Of a stretch of 64,000 nucleotides of DNA, positions 47,303 to 61,699 are shown piece after piece. A program made the translations under genes and the position numbers. The notes below the pieces were generated by a model, which did no database searches, was not told where the DNA came from, and saw only the letters and a program-made list of their open reading frames with translations. Position 1 is the first letter of the stretch. Every line of letters starts with the position of its first letter. The DNA is from Macrostomum lignano (taxonomy: Eukaryota), in the NCBI GenBank assembly GCA_002269645.1, contig NIVC01000020.1, positions 1,054,001-1,118,000 on the forward strand, read 5' to 3'.

Positions 47303-49272
47303 TCCCACTAGATATATAGTTACTACATACCAAGACTAAGAGCTATAATTGCATAAATACTATATTACTGCAAGAATTTCAAAGCACTTTAGTCCATTGC
47401 AAACAAATAAGGATGGTGCATATTACCAACACAGAGCGGGTACTCACCCAAGCAGACCATACCGAATCTCTAATTGTTGTGTAAAACTTTAACAAAACTT
47501 CTCTTGTACCCGATTTCTCAATCCTATATACTAAATCCTCAGCTAAAAACTGAGCCAGCCTCTGACGCTTCTGTCTCAAACTGAGGGAGCACTGCGCCCT
47601 GGGATTGCTTGCGCAGTTGGGTCAGAGACATACTATAGAGACGCCTGTGAAGGATGGCTCGCCCCTTCCTGCAGACGCCGTTGTCTATGGTTAAAACCTC
47701 AATCCTTTCAAGTCTAATAGACATATTTGCGTGTTATTTTCCATTGGTATATTTTAAGATAACAGAAAACTAATAAGCATACGAAGGATAACAGGTTTAA
47801 AAAAGCAGTTTAACGAAATATTCAAGATAGCCTACCGTTCTCCTCCATTTGCCGCCTGGTGCTAGCGGGCAGACCTTCAATCTCGATGCCATCTAACTGG
47901 AGCAACTCATCACTCAGATCACCGCTATCAGCTAGTTGTTCTTCGAACTCCTGTAAATCGTCAACAAGTTGTTTGGTCTCCTTCGCCAGGAAGTTCATGA
48001 AGTCGTCGATAAGCTCGCGACATTCATCGCCGTTCGAAGACAGATCTCGTAATGATATCCAACTCATTATCAGTGACGCCACTAATCTCATCCGTTGGCA
48101 GAGCTTTGTAGTTAAGTAACATGGGTAGAAGTCTAGTTGATTTCGATATGTCTCGCTTTTAAATAAAAATGTTCTGCATTTAGCATTAGTCTGAGCTTGA
48201 TATCTCGCCTCAGCTTAGACTTTAATACCTGCGGCGCTTGCGCGATAATACAATATCAAGCATCCCGACTGCAGAAGAATATACCATTGAATCGCATCTT
48301 CTTAGTATGCTGCTAGTTCCATATTCACACCATCATTGTCTGGCCCCGGGGTTTTGACCATAGACTGTAGATTCTGCTGCTCTCAAGCATTGGCACTCGA
48401 AGAAAAGCTGCGAGAGCAATCGCTTTCCATTACTGGTGGTTTGCGGCAACCTGACTGACATGGCCGCTTTGCTGCAATGTCTGTGGCCCCCGGGGTTTTT
48501 TAGCCTCGGAGACAGCCGCTGGAGATGGCCGCTAAATACATTAAAGAATGCTGGAGTGACAAATCTGCGTATAATGAATCTGTGATGCAAATAGTGATTC
48601 CGACTGCCACAATAATCGCTGCAAAACAGACTACCTTGGGACTTGTACTTTCAGCATTGGGATGTCTAGCAGCAGTTGGTCAGGGGGTCACATCGGACTG
48701 GTTGAATGAAATTTTTAATAAGTTTCTGGGGTAGAGGTCACGACCCCCTTGTCCCCTTTGGCCACGGGAAAGCCACGTGAGATAGACTTCAGGAAGGGAT
48801 GGCTTGGTTCTACATGAAAGAAAAACATTGAAGTATGTTCTACTGATTGAAATAAACCCCAACCAGACAGAATGATTGCTGAGTCAATCTCTGGGTTTCA
48901 ATTTCCTGACCACTGAAAGCAATGGTATATTTAAACGAGCCAAAATACATCTCAGTGTGAGTGAGGGTTCCGAATTCGAATATCTGCAGAGAGGACAGAT
49001 AATTTCCTGAAGGCCAGTTCTCAGGTTTCGAGCACTAAATTCACAACATCTCACCGTACAAGCTGAGCTATATTTCGTTTGGTCCCACGTTGATTCACAA
49101 TTTCGTGAATCGAACTTTGACAAAACCCATAATTGCTCCGTTTGCAATTCAAAGGTCCAGAAGTTGAGAGATATTGAGAATTAAGCGCTAAAAATCCTGA
49201 AATTGTGCTGCGAAAACCTGCGGCATCCAGCGAAATTAAGCGCCCCTCCAATTTGCAAATAGTTGCCAGAGC

Positions 49273-52200
49273 TCAGGTCAGACGGTGGGCCCGCAGGCAG
49301 TCCAGGCCCCGCAGCAGCTCCGGCTGGCGCAGGCAGGAGGCCCGGAAATCCTCCCAGCTGATCAGGCCGTCCCCGTCAGCGTCCAGCCGCCGGAAGGCCG
49401 CGTCCGCCTGCGCCTGCACCGCGGCCGGGCCAGCCGGGGGTCGAACCCGGGGCCCTTGCAGGTCGCAGATGGAGGCGACGACTTCGGCCAGCTCGCGCCG
49501 CGAGATCTCGCCGTCCTTGTTGATGTCGTACATGTTGAAGATCCAGCGCAGCCGCTGCTCGTGGCTGCCCTTCAGCAGGATGTCCAGGCACAGAGCGAAC
49601 TGCTCGAAGGTGACGCAGCCGCAGCGGCTCCGGTCGAAGCAGCAGAAGACGTAGTGAGCAAACGAGTGCGCGTTGCCCAGCGGAAAAATCTGCGCAAGGA
49701 TGTGGTGCAGGGACTCCTCCTGCATCACGCCTGAAGCAGTTGGGAGTGGAGCAAAGTTCAGGGGACTCTATCGCCATCAAGCCACATGTCGATCTGCCAA
49801 ACTACACCTCAAACTGCCAAACTACACTTCGAACTGCCAAGCTACACCTCGAACTGCCAAACTACACCTCAAACTGCCAAACTACACCTCAAACTGCCAA
49901 GCTATACCTTAAACTGCCAAGCTACACCTCGAACTGCCAAACTACACCTCAAACTGCCAAGCTACACCTCGAACTGCCAAGCTACACCTCAAACTACACC
50001 TCAAGCTGCCAAGCTACACCTTAAACTGCCAAGCTATACCTTAAACTGCCAAGCTATACCTTAAACTGCCAAGCTATACCTTAAACTGCCAAGCTATACC
50101 TTAAACTGCCAAGCTATACCTTAAACTGCCAAGCTACACCTTAAACTGCCAAGCTACACCTGAAACTGCCAAGCTACATCTCGATTAATTACCAAGATGG
50201 ACCCAAGAAGAGCTGTGAATAAATATTATGAGAAGGCTCCTTCTGTGTCACTCAGCAGTAGTATCTCGCAAACAGGGCAGATTTATGGCAGTCAGTTGGT
50301 TCATTTTCATTCCTTTTCGTTGACTTTGAAAGCAGCGATTTCAAGCCAAGTCACAGTCTCCGCCTCTGTGTCGCCTGCAGTTATTGCACCGGGAGAGTTT
50401 ATCCATCCATTTCCAGCCCTGCCGTCTGCTCGCTGAACTCATCGGTCTCTGAGGAGGGCGGCTTTGATTCCCCCGCATCCCCCCGCCCGCCTCCGCAATC
50501 AGTATGCGCAGCAGATGAAGGAATTCCCGCGGGCTCCAATTAGGCAGCCGCCGGCGCCATCGCACTTTCATCCCCTCTCCCCATTTGACCCTCTTCCTCC
50601 CCGCGGCTCAGACTCGGGCTGGAGTTCCGGTCGCGGTGACTGCCGCTGGAATAGCAGGTAAATAGTGGAGCCCTGGCAGGTAAGGGCCAGAGGAAACAAT
50701 GCAGTGATAGCCCGGACTGAGGCAGCGGCCAATGATCGCATTGAAAGGAGCTGGGAGCTGGGAAATTTAATTGCAGATGACGGAGCCGCTGTGTCCCGAG
50801 GCGCCTGGGGGCATGAAGGGAGCAGATATTTGGAACAGAGCTTGAGGGAGATCGGAATTGAGTTGGTTAGGGAGTTGTGCTCATTCCGCTGACCCCTGAG
50901 CTCGCACACGCAGGTGCCAGACAAGATTCAGGCCAAATTCAATGATTGAGTGAGATGGACAAAGGATTGCTGCTGGAGCACCGCATCCAAGCAGTTCCAA
51001 GCCAGTGACTGCGGCAAATGGCCGCAGGGAAGCGGACAGGATGGACTTAGGGACAAACAGACAGCGCTGCCATGCGGACTCGGTGAGGAATTTGATTAGC
51101 CAACAATTAACGGCTGCCCGGTGCGCCTCCCGGCCCTCAGCTCCTGTTCGCTAAAGTACATTTTCAGCTGGCCAAAGCGATTCTGCCGCGGCCAAGTGAA
51201 TCGGCGGCGCGGCTCTCGGGCTGGCGATCTGGCGAGCAAGGGGCTGAGGGCTAATCCTAGCATCCCAGCATCCTAGCATCCCCCGCTGACCCGCCACAGC
51301 CTGGCGAAGTGGACGGAGCTGCTCTAACCTTAACCTCACGCGTATTAAGAGATTAGTTCAGCTCGGACCAGCCGCCGGAGTTCGAGTCTGGAATTCGAGC
51401 TCGGGTCGGATTAGTTGATTCTCAATCTTGCCAAGCAGGAGGCCTCCTGACTGCGATTCGCCCGTTTCACCTCGCCCTGCTCTCTACTTTCCCGCAGTTC
51501 TTCACAGCCCTGCGCAGTTGTAAAAATTGGCTTCATTTGCGGCCCCGCACGGCTCGGCACGGGGAGGCTCGGGCGGCTCCGCCCACGGCTGTCCGGCCGG
51601 CTGTGAGAGTCCAGCCAGCTGCTCCGGTGTCCGGCGCTTCGCGTCCGGGCAGCAGCGCAGGAGTTGCTGCATGCATCTGGACTCGTTAATTATCAATGAG
51701 CCGAGAATCCCGCCACTCTAGGGGGGTAGAGGCGGTAAGTCCGACTCTCCCCCTAAATTCTTCCACGTGCTTTGACTCAGCGCCATGCCTGTCTGTTAAC
51801 TTCAGCCGCCTGTGTGTCTGGCTCCCATCGGACAGTTCTGACACATTTTCCCGCGAACTTCTTGCAGGATATCAGGGCTCCTGATTTTCTGACACTATAG
51901 GGACCCCTGACAGATCTTGGCACATCTTCTAATATTATAATGCATATCTGGTACAGGTTTTGGCATAATCTGGTACAGGTTTTGGCATAATCTGGTACAG
52001 GTTTTGGCATAATCTGGTACAGGTTTTGGCATAATCTGCTACATATTCTGGCATATCTGGTACAGGTTTGGGCATAATCTGCTACATATTCTGGCATATC
52101 TGGTATAGGTTTTGGCATAATCTGCTACATATTCTGGCATATCTGGTACAGGTTTGGGCATAATCTGCTACATATTCTGGCATATCTGGTATAGGTTTTG

Positions 52201-53931
52201 GCATAATCTGCTACATATTCTGGCATATCTGGTACAGACAGTCTATCTGATACAAATTAAGGCATTTCCGTTTAATACAACAGACGCAGTTTCAGTCCTA
52301 TCAGAGCTGGAAGTAAAGAGAGTCATTTATGATGCGAGCTCAGAAATGCTGGCCGTAAATCTTGGCTTGTGAGTCATTTAGGGGCTGCCCGCAGTGAACG
52401 CAGAGAGATAAGCTTATCGCGATAGTCGGTGTGCGTGTAGCAGTCAACGCTTTTATTAAAATTATTATTCAGCTTAGCCAGGTACTAGTGCTCAATGCAT
52501 CTAGTCAGATTTTGGCTAATAATTCTATCGCAGCTCCCGGAGCGACCAGTCAGAGCTCATCATCATGCAGGCGCGGGAGGTGCAGCCGGAAATTTAACAT
52601 TCCCCACTATAGTTTGATGTCTCCCAGGCACTTCTATTCAAACACAATCTAATTTACAAATGGACTAAAATATTTCTCTTTTGCGAATGTTAATTGAGCC
52701 AGTCTGCCATTTTAAAAATAATGGCAGTTTAATAAATTAAACAAATCATTTATTTAAAATTGCCATCATTCAGGTGCTGCCGTGCATGAAATGAGAAGTA
52801 ACAGAGGCAGGGACTGGCTGAAAAATCGATGACTTTCACCCACCCACCCAAGCCAGCTGATAGCAATAAAAAGGCTGCGCCAGCAGGGATAGAAAATTCG
52901 AATAGGGTTTGAAGTCACGGCGGAGAAAATCGATAAGCCTAACCCTCAACACCCCATGCCATGGAGCCAAGAGCCAATAGCAATAAAGTGGGCGGCGCCA
53001 GCAGGGATAGAAAATTTGGGCAGGGTTTTGAAGCCACGACAGAGAAATCGATACGCTCGTAACCCCTCGCCCCGTCTGCACCTACCCACCCCACTCCATG
53101 CAGCCAATAGCAATAAAGGCCGCGCCGGCAGAAATAGGAAATGGGGTCTGTTTAGAGTAGAGCTTAGAGTATGTGGCCGAACGGTTCACGTAGGTCCAGA
53201 GCTGGTGTGCTTAAATAACCTTAATTTTACACTCCTCAAGTTCAAAATGTTTAGACTATTTAGGGCTTGTAAAATTGCATCCTTTTATAAGATTTAGTGG
53301 AAGCGAAGATTTGAGAATAGGAAATTTGATTGAGGTAATTGAATTTTCTGGGAAGTAAAGTAGTCGGATGTTATTCGTCCGGCGTGAAACAAACACTAGT
53401 GCAAATTATCTAATGAAACACAGGGTGTAACTCTCTTGGCTCCTTAAGAGCTAGACGTTCTCAATTATATATGAGGGTAGAATTACTATTTTATAGAACA
53501 CTAGCTTCTTACGGAATCAATTAGTGTTTAATAGCGCAGGAACCCTCCGAGGTCTGCCAACTGGAAAAGGCATTGAGGGCAGCTACAAAGTCTACAAAAG
53601 CTACAATCGGCTTACCAAACGGGCACAGCGACTTGAACCGACGATAGATGAGCCGCAGCTCCTGCCTGTCGAAGCCGGTTTTGGCCAACAGGCAGGCCAG
53701 ACTGACCACTCGGGGCCGCCGTCCGGACAGCAGCAGCATCTCCGGCGAGGCGTCTGTGACGCCTGCAGTGGCCGCTGTCACGGTAGTATCGTCAGTTGCG
53801 TGGCTGCGTCGGCGAACCTCCGTCAGCAGCTGAGACGGCGCCGAGGTGAACCGGCGCAGCAGGCGCTGCAGGCGACTCTCAGTGTGAATGGAGATCGCGC
53901 CCGAGCGCTGCTGCCTACGCTGAGTCAGCAT
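49273..53931 (-). CDS. KChIP/neuronal calcium sensor family EF-hand protein
   Basis: Upstream exon ends LLAKTGFDRQELRLIYRRFKSLCPF-G at 53616 (gtaag donor, phase 1) and joins exon 49730-49273: GVMQEESLHHILAQIFPLGNAHSFAHYVFCCFD...LRWIFNMYDINKDGEIS...DADGDGLISWEDF. The 5' boundary is uncertain. Confidence 0.88.
49790..50180. repeat. 20-bp intronic minisatellite
   Basis: Unit aactgccaagctacacctca. Confidence 0.93.
51945..52235. repeat. 22/44-bp intronic minisatellite
   Basis: ggcataatctggtacaggtttt and a 44-bp derivative. Confidence 0.9.
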
Positions 53932-55441
53932 TTGGTGAACCGGCCGGGGCGCCCCACCTGATTACTGATGAAGATGGAGTGCTCTTCCTTCTGCAGACAC
54001 TCCTCAGCTATCAGACAGCAGCTTCCCAGCTTTAGCCATGGCTGGCATGTAAATTGAATGAGTTTGGCTACTGTAGGGACCAATTGGATGGCCGGTACTC
54101 TGCGATTGGGCAGCCAGAACGGCAGCGGGACTCAGAAACTCCTGCTCTCAACCCGTCTGTTTACAATGCAAGTTGTTGTCAAGGTGCACTAGTAGTTGTA
54201 CTGAAGAAGTTCTTTGCCAGCCACTGCCAGGGCAAAAATGAAGACAGCCGACCCTGGATAGGACTGCCCACTTAGCCTCTGCAGCTCTTGGGGCTTTTGG
54301 CTCTTTTCTTAGTTCGCCATTAGAGAGCTGCCCAATCTGTCTGTAGCGACAAAGAGAATAGTCCAACGATACTGATGGGCAACAAGTCGGTGACATCAAA
54401 GTCAAGCGAAGATCAGCTTGGAGCTTATCCATATAGCAGCTGTGCTATTGAAAGTGAAACATTAAACGGCTCTTCATACTGGAACTAGGACTGCTTAGAT
54501 TTTGCCCTTCCACTTTACAACGTCAGGTCCTCTAGGATCGATTGCTAAATTGACCGGAGTTAATGGAGCGCGGCACGGGAGGAGGCGATGAATGAGTTGG
54601 CTGGATGAGTGGTGTCCACAATTGGGTGCTGTCAGCGTGAAACAACCGCTATTCGCAAACTAGATTCAAACTAAACCCATCCATCGGCAAAATCTGCATT
54701 TCAAAGAAACGCAACGAGAAAGAAACAAGGCCAAACTCAGATATTCGATCAATTGAAATAATTCATTCTCCTTTTTAAAGGATTTCGGCAAAATAAAGTG
54801 AAGCAAACTGAGGAAATGGAGGAGTGACGGATGTTGGAAAGAAGTTGAGAAGACAGCAGGAAGCTCGGCGGATGCAGAGCCGGTGGAATGTGCGGACAGC
54901 CTGCGCCTGAGCGCCCTCAATCGGCGTGTATGTTGCAACAATCAGCAATTCGCATGCAGTGAAAGACGGCAGTGGCGGCCAGACAGGCCCGGCCTCTGCA
55001 GTCGGGCAGCTCGGGCTGGCTGGCAGTGGAGCAAATCGATGCGCAGTGGAATTACAGGGAACGAGGCAGCTAAACCAATATCCCAGTAGTAATAAAATAA
55101 GCCATAAACCTTCAATTCAAAAGCATTAAAATAGGAGAAACTCTGCACAGAGCATTGGGGCAATCTTTGTCAAATAGCAATTGGAGAGGGAGGGAAGCCC
55201 CAGGCCAGAGCGGGAGGAAACAATGGTCTGTACAGCGGGAGCAGTGAAACAAGGGCACACAATGGCTGACTGTCACTGAGAGAAAACGCATTGCAGATTA
55301 CATATCAAAGTACTGACGAGGGCTCCAACTCGCCCGGTGAAATGGAGCATCGGCCCCTTTGGCTTTAACAATGGGAGCAGCAATTTCGTATTAGACTAGT
55401 AATACTTGAAGGTCATGGGGGTCAGGGGGTCAAAAAGGGGG

Positions 55442-58400
55442 TCACAGGTTCGGCGGCACAAGGTCTGACAGGCGCGGCTTGGACACAAACCAGGCGGTGC
55501 GGTGGCGCAGGTCCTTGCGCAGCATTTTCTCCTCCTCTGGCGAGCAGTGCAGCAGGGCGGACAGCGCCCGCACCAGGTGCTGCGCCTCGTCCTCGCGGGT
55601 CAGCAGGAACTTCAGCAGCACGTGCTTCAGGTACAGCAGGTTCACCAGTTCGCCCTCCGCCGATTCAAGCCCGCCTGCGCCGCCGCCGTTCGTTGAATCT
55701 TCGTCTGTGGCGGCAGCGGCGGTAGCGGCAGCGGGATCCGATGCGGCCGGTTCGTTGGGGAGGCGCGGGCACGGCTGCTGCTGCAGACGGAGCTCCCGCT
55801 GCAGCGTCTTCTTCATGTCCAGCAGCCGCTGCTGCAGCACCCGGACGGTTTTGTTCCGCTCCGCTAGCTGGTCGCCAAGGCTCTGCACTTCCTGACGCAG
55901 GGCGCGGACGCTCTCCGTCTCCAGGCTCACCACGACCGTCTCGCGCTCCCGCTCCAGCTCCGTCACCCGCTCCGCCAGCTCGCTGTTGGTCAGCGCCGCC
56001 GTCTCCGCCTGGCTCTCCAGCGAGGCGAGCTCCGCCCGCAGCGACTCCGCCTCCGACTGGTGCGCCGCCGTAGCTGCCCGCGCCTCTGACTCGGCAGCTG
56101 ACAGTCGCTGCTCCAGCGACAGCTTCTCTGCGGGCCGGAGGTTCGGGTTCGCTGATTCTCAGACAGGAAGCTTCGGGCTCTTGCTGTTACCTACTGCCGG
56201 ACTCTCTCCTTCCCCTGACTGCTGGACTCCCCCTTTCCCCTGACCGCCGGACTCACCTCCCTTTCCTTGGCTGCTGGACTCTCCTTCCTTTCCTTGACTG
56301 CCGGACTCACCTCCCTTTCCTTGACTGCTGGACTCTCCTCCCTTTCCTTGACTGCCGGACTCAACTCCCTTTCCTTGACTGCCGGACTCTCCTCCCTTTC
56401 CTTGACTGCCGGACTCTCCTACCTTTCCTTGACTGCTGGACTCTCCTCCCTTTCCTTGACTGCCGGACTCTCCTACCTTTCCTTGACTGCCGGACTCTCC
56501 TCCCTTTCCTTGACTGCCGAACTCACCTCCCTTTCCTTGACTGCCGAACTCACCTCCCTTTCCTTGACTGCCGAACTCACCTCCCTTTCCTTGACTGCCG
56601 GACTCTCCTACCTTTCCTTGACTGCTGGACTCTCCTCCCTTTCCTTGACTGCCGGACTCTCCTACCTTTCCTTGACTGCCGGACTCTCCTACCTTTCCTT
56701 GACTGCCGGACTCTCCTTCCTTTCCTTGACTGCCGGACTCTCCTACCTTTCCTTGACTGCCGGACTCTCCTACCTTTCCTTGACTGCCGGACTCTCCTCC
56801 CTTTCCTTGACTGCCGGACTCTCCTACCTTTCCTTGACTGCCGGACTCTCCTCCCTTTCCTTGACTGCCGGACTCTCCTACCTTTCCTTGATTGCCGGAC
56901 TCTCCTCCCTTTCCTTGACTGCCGGACTCTCCTACCTTTCCTTGACTGCCGGACTCTCCTCCCTCTCCTTGACTGCCGGACTCTCCTACCTTTCCTTGAC
57001 TGCCAGACTCCCCTCCCTTTCCTTGACTGCCGGACTCTCCTCCCTTTCCTTGACTGCCGGACTCCCCTCCCTTTCCCCTGACCGCCGGACTCTCCTCCCT
57101 TTCCTTGACTGCCGGACTCTCCTTCATTTCCTTGACTGCCGGACTCCCCTCCCTTTCCCCTGACCGCCGGACTCCCCCCTTTCCTTGACTGCCAGACTCC
57201 CCTCCCTTTCCCCTGACCGCCGGACTCCCCCCTTTCCTTGACTGCCGGACTCTCCTCTCCTACAGATTCTGTAGAACCACCACAGGTTTGTGTAAGTCCT
57301 TTCCGTCTTAAATTTTTGCTTGGGTGCCGAATCGGATATGCAGACGCCAAGGGGAATAAATCGGAGCAAATCAATTTCGTTGACAAGTTTACCTGGCCTC
57401 AGACTCACCCATCCTACCTGATTAATTTAGACTAATAAAACTCACTCTAATTTAATTACTCAAATTCATAATTAAAATGCCAATTCCACTATCCCTCATC
57501 CCCAGCTGTTTCCGCAAAACCGGCATCCAGCAGCAGCCGCCCCTCACCGGACTGCAGCTTCTCCGCCTCCGCCTGCGCCGCTCCGGCCTCCCGCTTGGCC
57601 GCCTGCAGTTTCCGCTGCAGATCCCGCAGCTCGGCGGCGCTGCTGTCCTTCAGCGAGGCCAGCTCCGTGACGCGCAGGTCCTGGTTGAAGCGGTCGGACC
57701 GCAGTCGGTCGATGTCCGAGTTCAGCGTCTGGACCTCCTCCTAGGGGCGGATAGGAGGGCGCTGTAGGATGAAAAACTTTGTAGGATGGCTTCAAAATCT
57801 CCCCCTTAGACTTGGAAATTTCACTTCTTTAATCTGAAATCTCACCCTTCGATTTCGGGTCTTACTCTCAGATTTTAAATCTTACCTTTAACTGCAGAAT
57901 CTTACCCCTCGGATTCATAATCTCACCCTCAGATTCAGAATCCTACCCTCAGATTTAGAATCTCACCCTCGGATTCATAATCTCACCCTCAGATTCATAA
58001 TCTCACCCTCAGATTCATAATCTCACCCTCGGATTCATAATTTCACCCTCAGGTTCAGAATCCTACCTTCAGATTCATAATCTCACCCTCGGATTCATAA
58101 TCTCACCTTCAGATTCAGAATCCTACCTTCAGATTCATAATCTCACCCTCGGATTCATAATCTCACCTTCAGATTCATAATCTCACCTTCAGATTCATAA
58201 TCTCACCCTCGGATTCATAATCTCACCTTCAGATTCATAATCTCACCTTCAGATTCATAATCTCACCCTCGGATTCAGAACCGCACTGCCAGTGAGTCAG
58301 ATTTTCAGTCTCTGTTTTGCAATGCAAGCCAAATCGCGTGGACTCATTAAACTTCGCACATTCAACATCGGAATCCCATGATCAACTCCGAGAGCACCAG

Positions 58401-61400
58401 CAAGAGCCTCTTCAGCAGCACAGAAGGTGAAGCAGAAAAAGCCACACGAAATCCGAGCTCGATATCGAATTTGGGGGTCAAAGCGGATCAAAGACGCATC
58501 AAAAGGCGGCGGCTTCGTGGTTTGGGGATGGAATTTCCCAGCTAGTCAATATACCGATACTGATGGCGCAAGAGCTCAATAATCAGGTGTCTCATTTACC
58601 AGAAGGTTGCACACAAATTAATACGAGCTCACAAGTTTCTCAGTCTGAAAATTTGACTCACAGTCAGCGCCTGTCCCTGCCGCTCCAGCTTGGCGATGAG
58701 GTCCGCCCGCTCCTGCAGCTGGTGCACCGACGAGTCCAGCTTAGCCTGCACTGCCGACTGAAAAAACAGCGCATACTCGACTTGACTACTAGCACAAGTA
58801 GTAAAGTTAAGATAGACATGAATCACGATTGTTGCATGCATTTTATTTATAAATTAGCTGAGACCCACACTGCACCCGCATAGCAACCAGCTGAGACCCA
58901 CACTGAACCCGCATAGCAACCAGCTGAGACCCACACTGCACCCGCATAGCAACCAGCTGAGACCCACACTGCACCCGCGTAGCAAACAGCTGAGACCCAC
59001 ACTGCACCCGCATAGAAACTATCTGAGACCCACACTGCACCCGCATAGCAACCAGCTGAGACCCACACTGCTACCGCATTGCAACTAGCCGAGACTGCAA
59101 TCAGCAGCTTACCAGAGCCTGTCGGTGCGCCAGCCGCTCGTCCTGCAGCTGCCGAGAGGCGGCCTGAAGCTCGGCCTGGAAGCTGTGCCGTTCGGCCTCC
59201 AAATCGGCCTGGGCATTCTCCAGCTGGCCAGTCAGGCGCTGCAGCTCGTGCTCCCGCTGCTCCAGCGACTCCTCCAGCCCGGCCACCCGGCTGGCCGCCT
59301 CCGCCGCCTTTGTCTCGGCGGCCGAGAGCGACTCGGCCAGACCGGTCGCCTCCCGCTGCTGCTGGCGGAGCGACTCCTGCAGCTCCTGCCGCTCCTCGGC
59401 CAGGCGGGCCCCCAACTTGGCAACCTGCGCCTCCAGGCCGCGGGCGCGCTCGCCGGCCTCGCACTTGGCCTCGGACAGCTGTGCCAGCGCTTCGGACAGC
59501 CGGCCGTCCAGGTGGTCCCGTTCTGCCGTGACCGACCGCAGCCGCTCGTCCTGTGGTTTAATAAATGAACCAAAATTAGTGCTTGTGACTTTTACTCCAA
59601 GCTTGTTGGTAAGCAACCCGGTATCAATAGAAAACTTATGAATTGCATGCCTAGCAACCCTTAGCAACCAGATTCTAATAGAAGGCATCAGGTTCGTTGC
59701 TTAGCAACCCAGATGGCAACGGATAGCATGGAGTTTGTTGGTAAGCAACCAGTCTTCAGCCCAGCAATAGAAGTCCCACTCCTCACCTGCCCACCGCCGT
59801 CCGAGTCCAGGCTCTGCACCCGCTGCTCAAGCAGGCGGATTCGCTCGGCGGCTGCTGCCTGCCGCTCGTCGGCCTCGGCCTGCAGCCGCAGCAGGCGGGC
59901 CTGCAGCTGCTCGGACTCCTTCTGCAGGCACTGGTTCTTCGTGTGCAGCTCCGCCCCGGACCGCTCGACGTTTGCCAGAAGGGCCTGCGCCAGTAAGACA
60001 GAAATATGATGCAGAGAATTGCTTAACCCGGCTACTAGCAGTAGCACAGCGAGAGCACGTTTCGCCCAGTCTTATTTTGACGTGTCACGCATGCACAGTG
60101 ACAGCACGTCCAGACTATTTATCAGACAACCTTGAGTCAATTAGACACAATCTCTAGTCAGTGAGACAACCTCCAGTCAGAGACAACCTCCAGTCAAGGA
60201 CACAACCTTCAGTCTGTGAGACACAACCTCCAGTCAGAGACACAACCTCTAGTCTGTGAGACACAACCTTCAGTCTGTGAGACACAACCTCCAGTCAGAG
60301 ACACAACCTCTAGTCTGTGAGACACAACCTTCAGTCTGTGAGACACAACCTCCAGTCAGAGACACAACCTCTAGTCTGTGAGACACAACCTCCAGTCAGA
60401 GACACAACCTCTAGTCTGTGAGACACAACCTTCAGTCTGTGAGACACAACCTCCAGTCAGAGACACAACCTCTAGTCTGTGAGACACAACCTCCAGTCTG
60501 TGAGACACAACCTTCAGTCTGTGAGACACAACCTCCAGTCAGAGACACAACCTCCAGTCTGTGAGACACAACCTCCAGTCTGTGAGACACAACCTCCAGT
60601 CTGTGAGACACAACCTCCAGTCTGTGAGACACAACCTCTAGTCTGTGAGACACAACCTCCAGTCAGAGACACAACCTTCAGTCAGAGACACAACCTTCAG
60701 TCTGTGAGACACAACCTCCAGTCTGAGACACAACCTCCAGTCTGTGAGACACAACCTCTAGTCTGTGAGACACAACCTCTAGTCTGTGAGACACAACCTC
60801 CAGTCTGTGAGACACAACCTCTAGTCTGTGAGACACAACCTCCAGTCTGTGAGACATAACCTCCAGTCTGTGAGACACAACCTCTAGTCTGTGAGACACA
60901 ACCTCCAGTCTGTGAGACACAACCTCCAGTCTGAGACACAACCTCCAGTCTGTGAGACACAACCTCCAGTCTGTGAGACACAACCTCCAGTCTGTGAGAC
61001 ACAACCTCCAGTCTGTGAGACACAACCTCCAGTCTGTGAGACACAACCTCCAGTCTGTGAGACACAACCTTCAGTCTGTGAGACACAACCTCCAGTCTGT
61101 GAGACACAACCTCTAGTCTGTGAGACACAACCTCCAGTCTGTGAGACACAACCTCCAGTCTGTGAGACACAACCTCCAGTCTGTGAGACACAACCTCCAG
61201 TCTGTGAGACACAACCTCCAGTCTGTGGGACACAACCTCCACTGCAAAAGACACTTCAAGCAGCCCAGCCCCAGGCCTACCTGTTTCTTATTCAGCTGTC
61301 CCGTCTGCTCGTCCAGCCGCTTCTCCAGGTCGTCCTTCTCGCCAAGCAGGGACTTGATGGTGGACTGCAGGCTGCGCCGCTCCTCCAGCTCCTTGCTGCG

Positions 61401-61688
61401 CTCCTCCTGCAGCCGGTCGATGCGCTGCTGCCGCAGGTCGCTCTCCCGCCTCGCCCGTTCTGCGTCCCGCTTTGCTGCGTCCGCCTCGCACTTGGTGGCG
61501 TCCAGCTGCCTGTGGGCCTCCGCCAGCTGCGTCTCCGTGTTCAGCAGCATGTGCTTCACCTTGGCCAGCTCCTGCCTGGCCAGGTCCCGGATCTCATCTG
61601 ACTCTTCCTCCTTCTGCTGCGCCTGCTGGCGGAACTCGCTGGTCTCCGCCTGCAGCCGGCTCAGCTCCTGCGTCAGCTGCTGCTTCTC
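55442..61688 (-). CDS. GOLGA1: Golgin-97-like GRIP-domain coiled-coil protein (3' portion; 5' exons beyond the window)
   Basis: Exons 61688-61281, 59984-59787, 59550-59113, 58757-58662, 57740-57548, 56127-55442, GT-AG and phase-compatible; C-terminal GRIP VNLLYLKHVLLKFLLTREDEAQHLVRALSALLHCSPEEEKMLRKDL...WFVSKP matches the golgin-97 pattern. Confidence 0.88.
56210..57260. repeat. 27-bp intronic minisatellite
   Basis: Unit ctttccttgactgccggactctcctcc. Confidence 0.95.
57895..58280. repeat. 20-bp intronic minisatellite
   Basis: Unit ggattcataatctcaccctc. Confidence 0.92.
58855..59095. repeat. 33-bp intronic minisatellite
   Basis: Unit gcaaccagctgagacccacactgcacccgcata. Confidence 0.92.
60155..61245. 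repeat. 21-bp intronic minisatellite
   Basis: Unit gagacacaacctccagtctgt with 19-bp variants. Confidence 0.95.
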
Positions 61689-61699
61689 CTGTGGGGATC

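Noticed and set aside
47822-48091. 89-aa acidic helical ORF
   Set aside because: No motif, no clear splice partners, no paralog in the window.
56159-57386. Collagen/silk-like GKGGESGSQ ORF
   Set aside because: Translation of the 27-bp minisatellite inside a golgin-97 intron; the golgin exons splice around it in frame.
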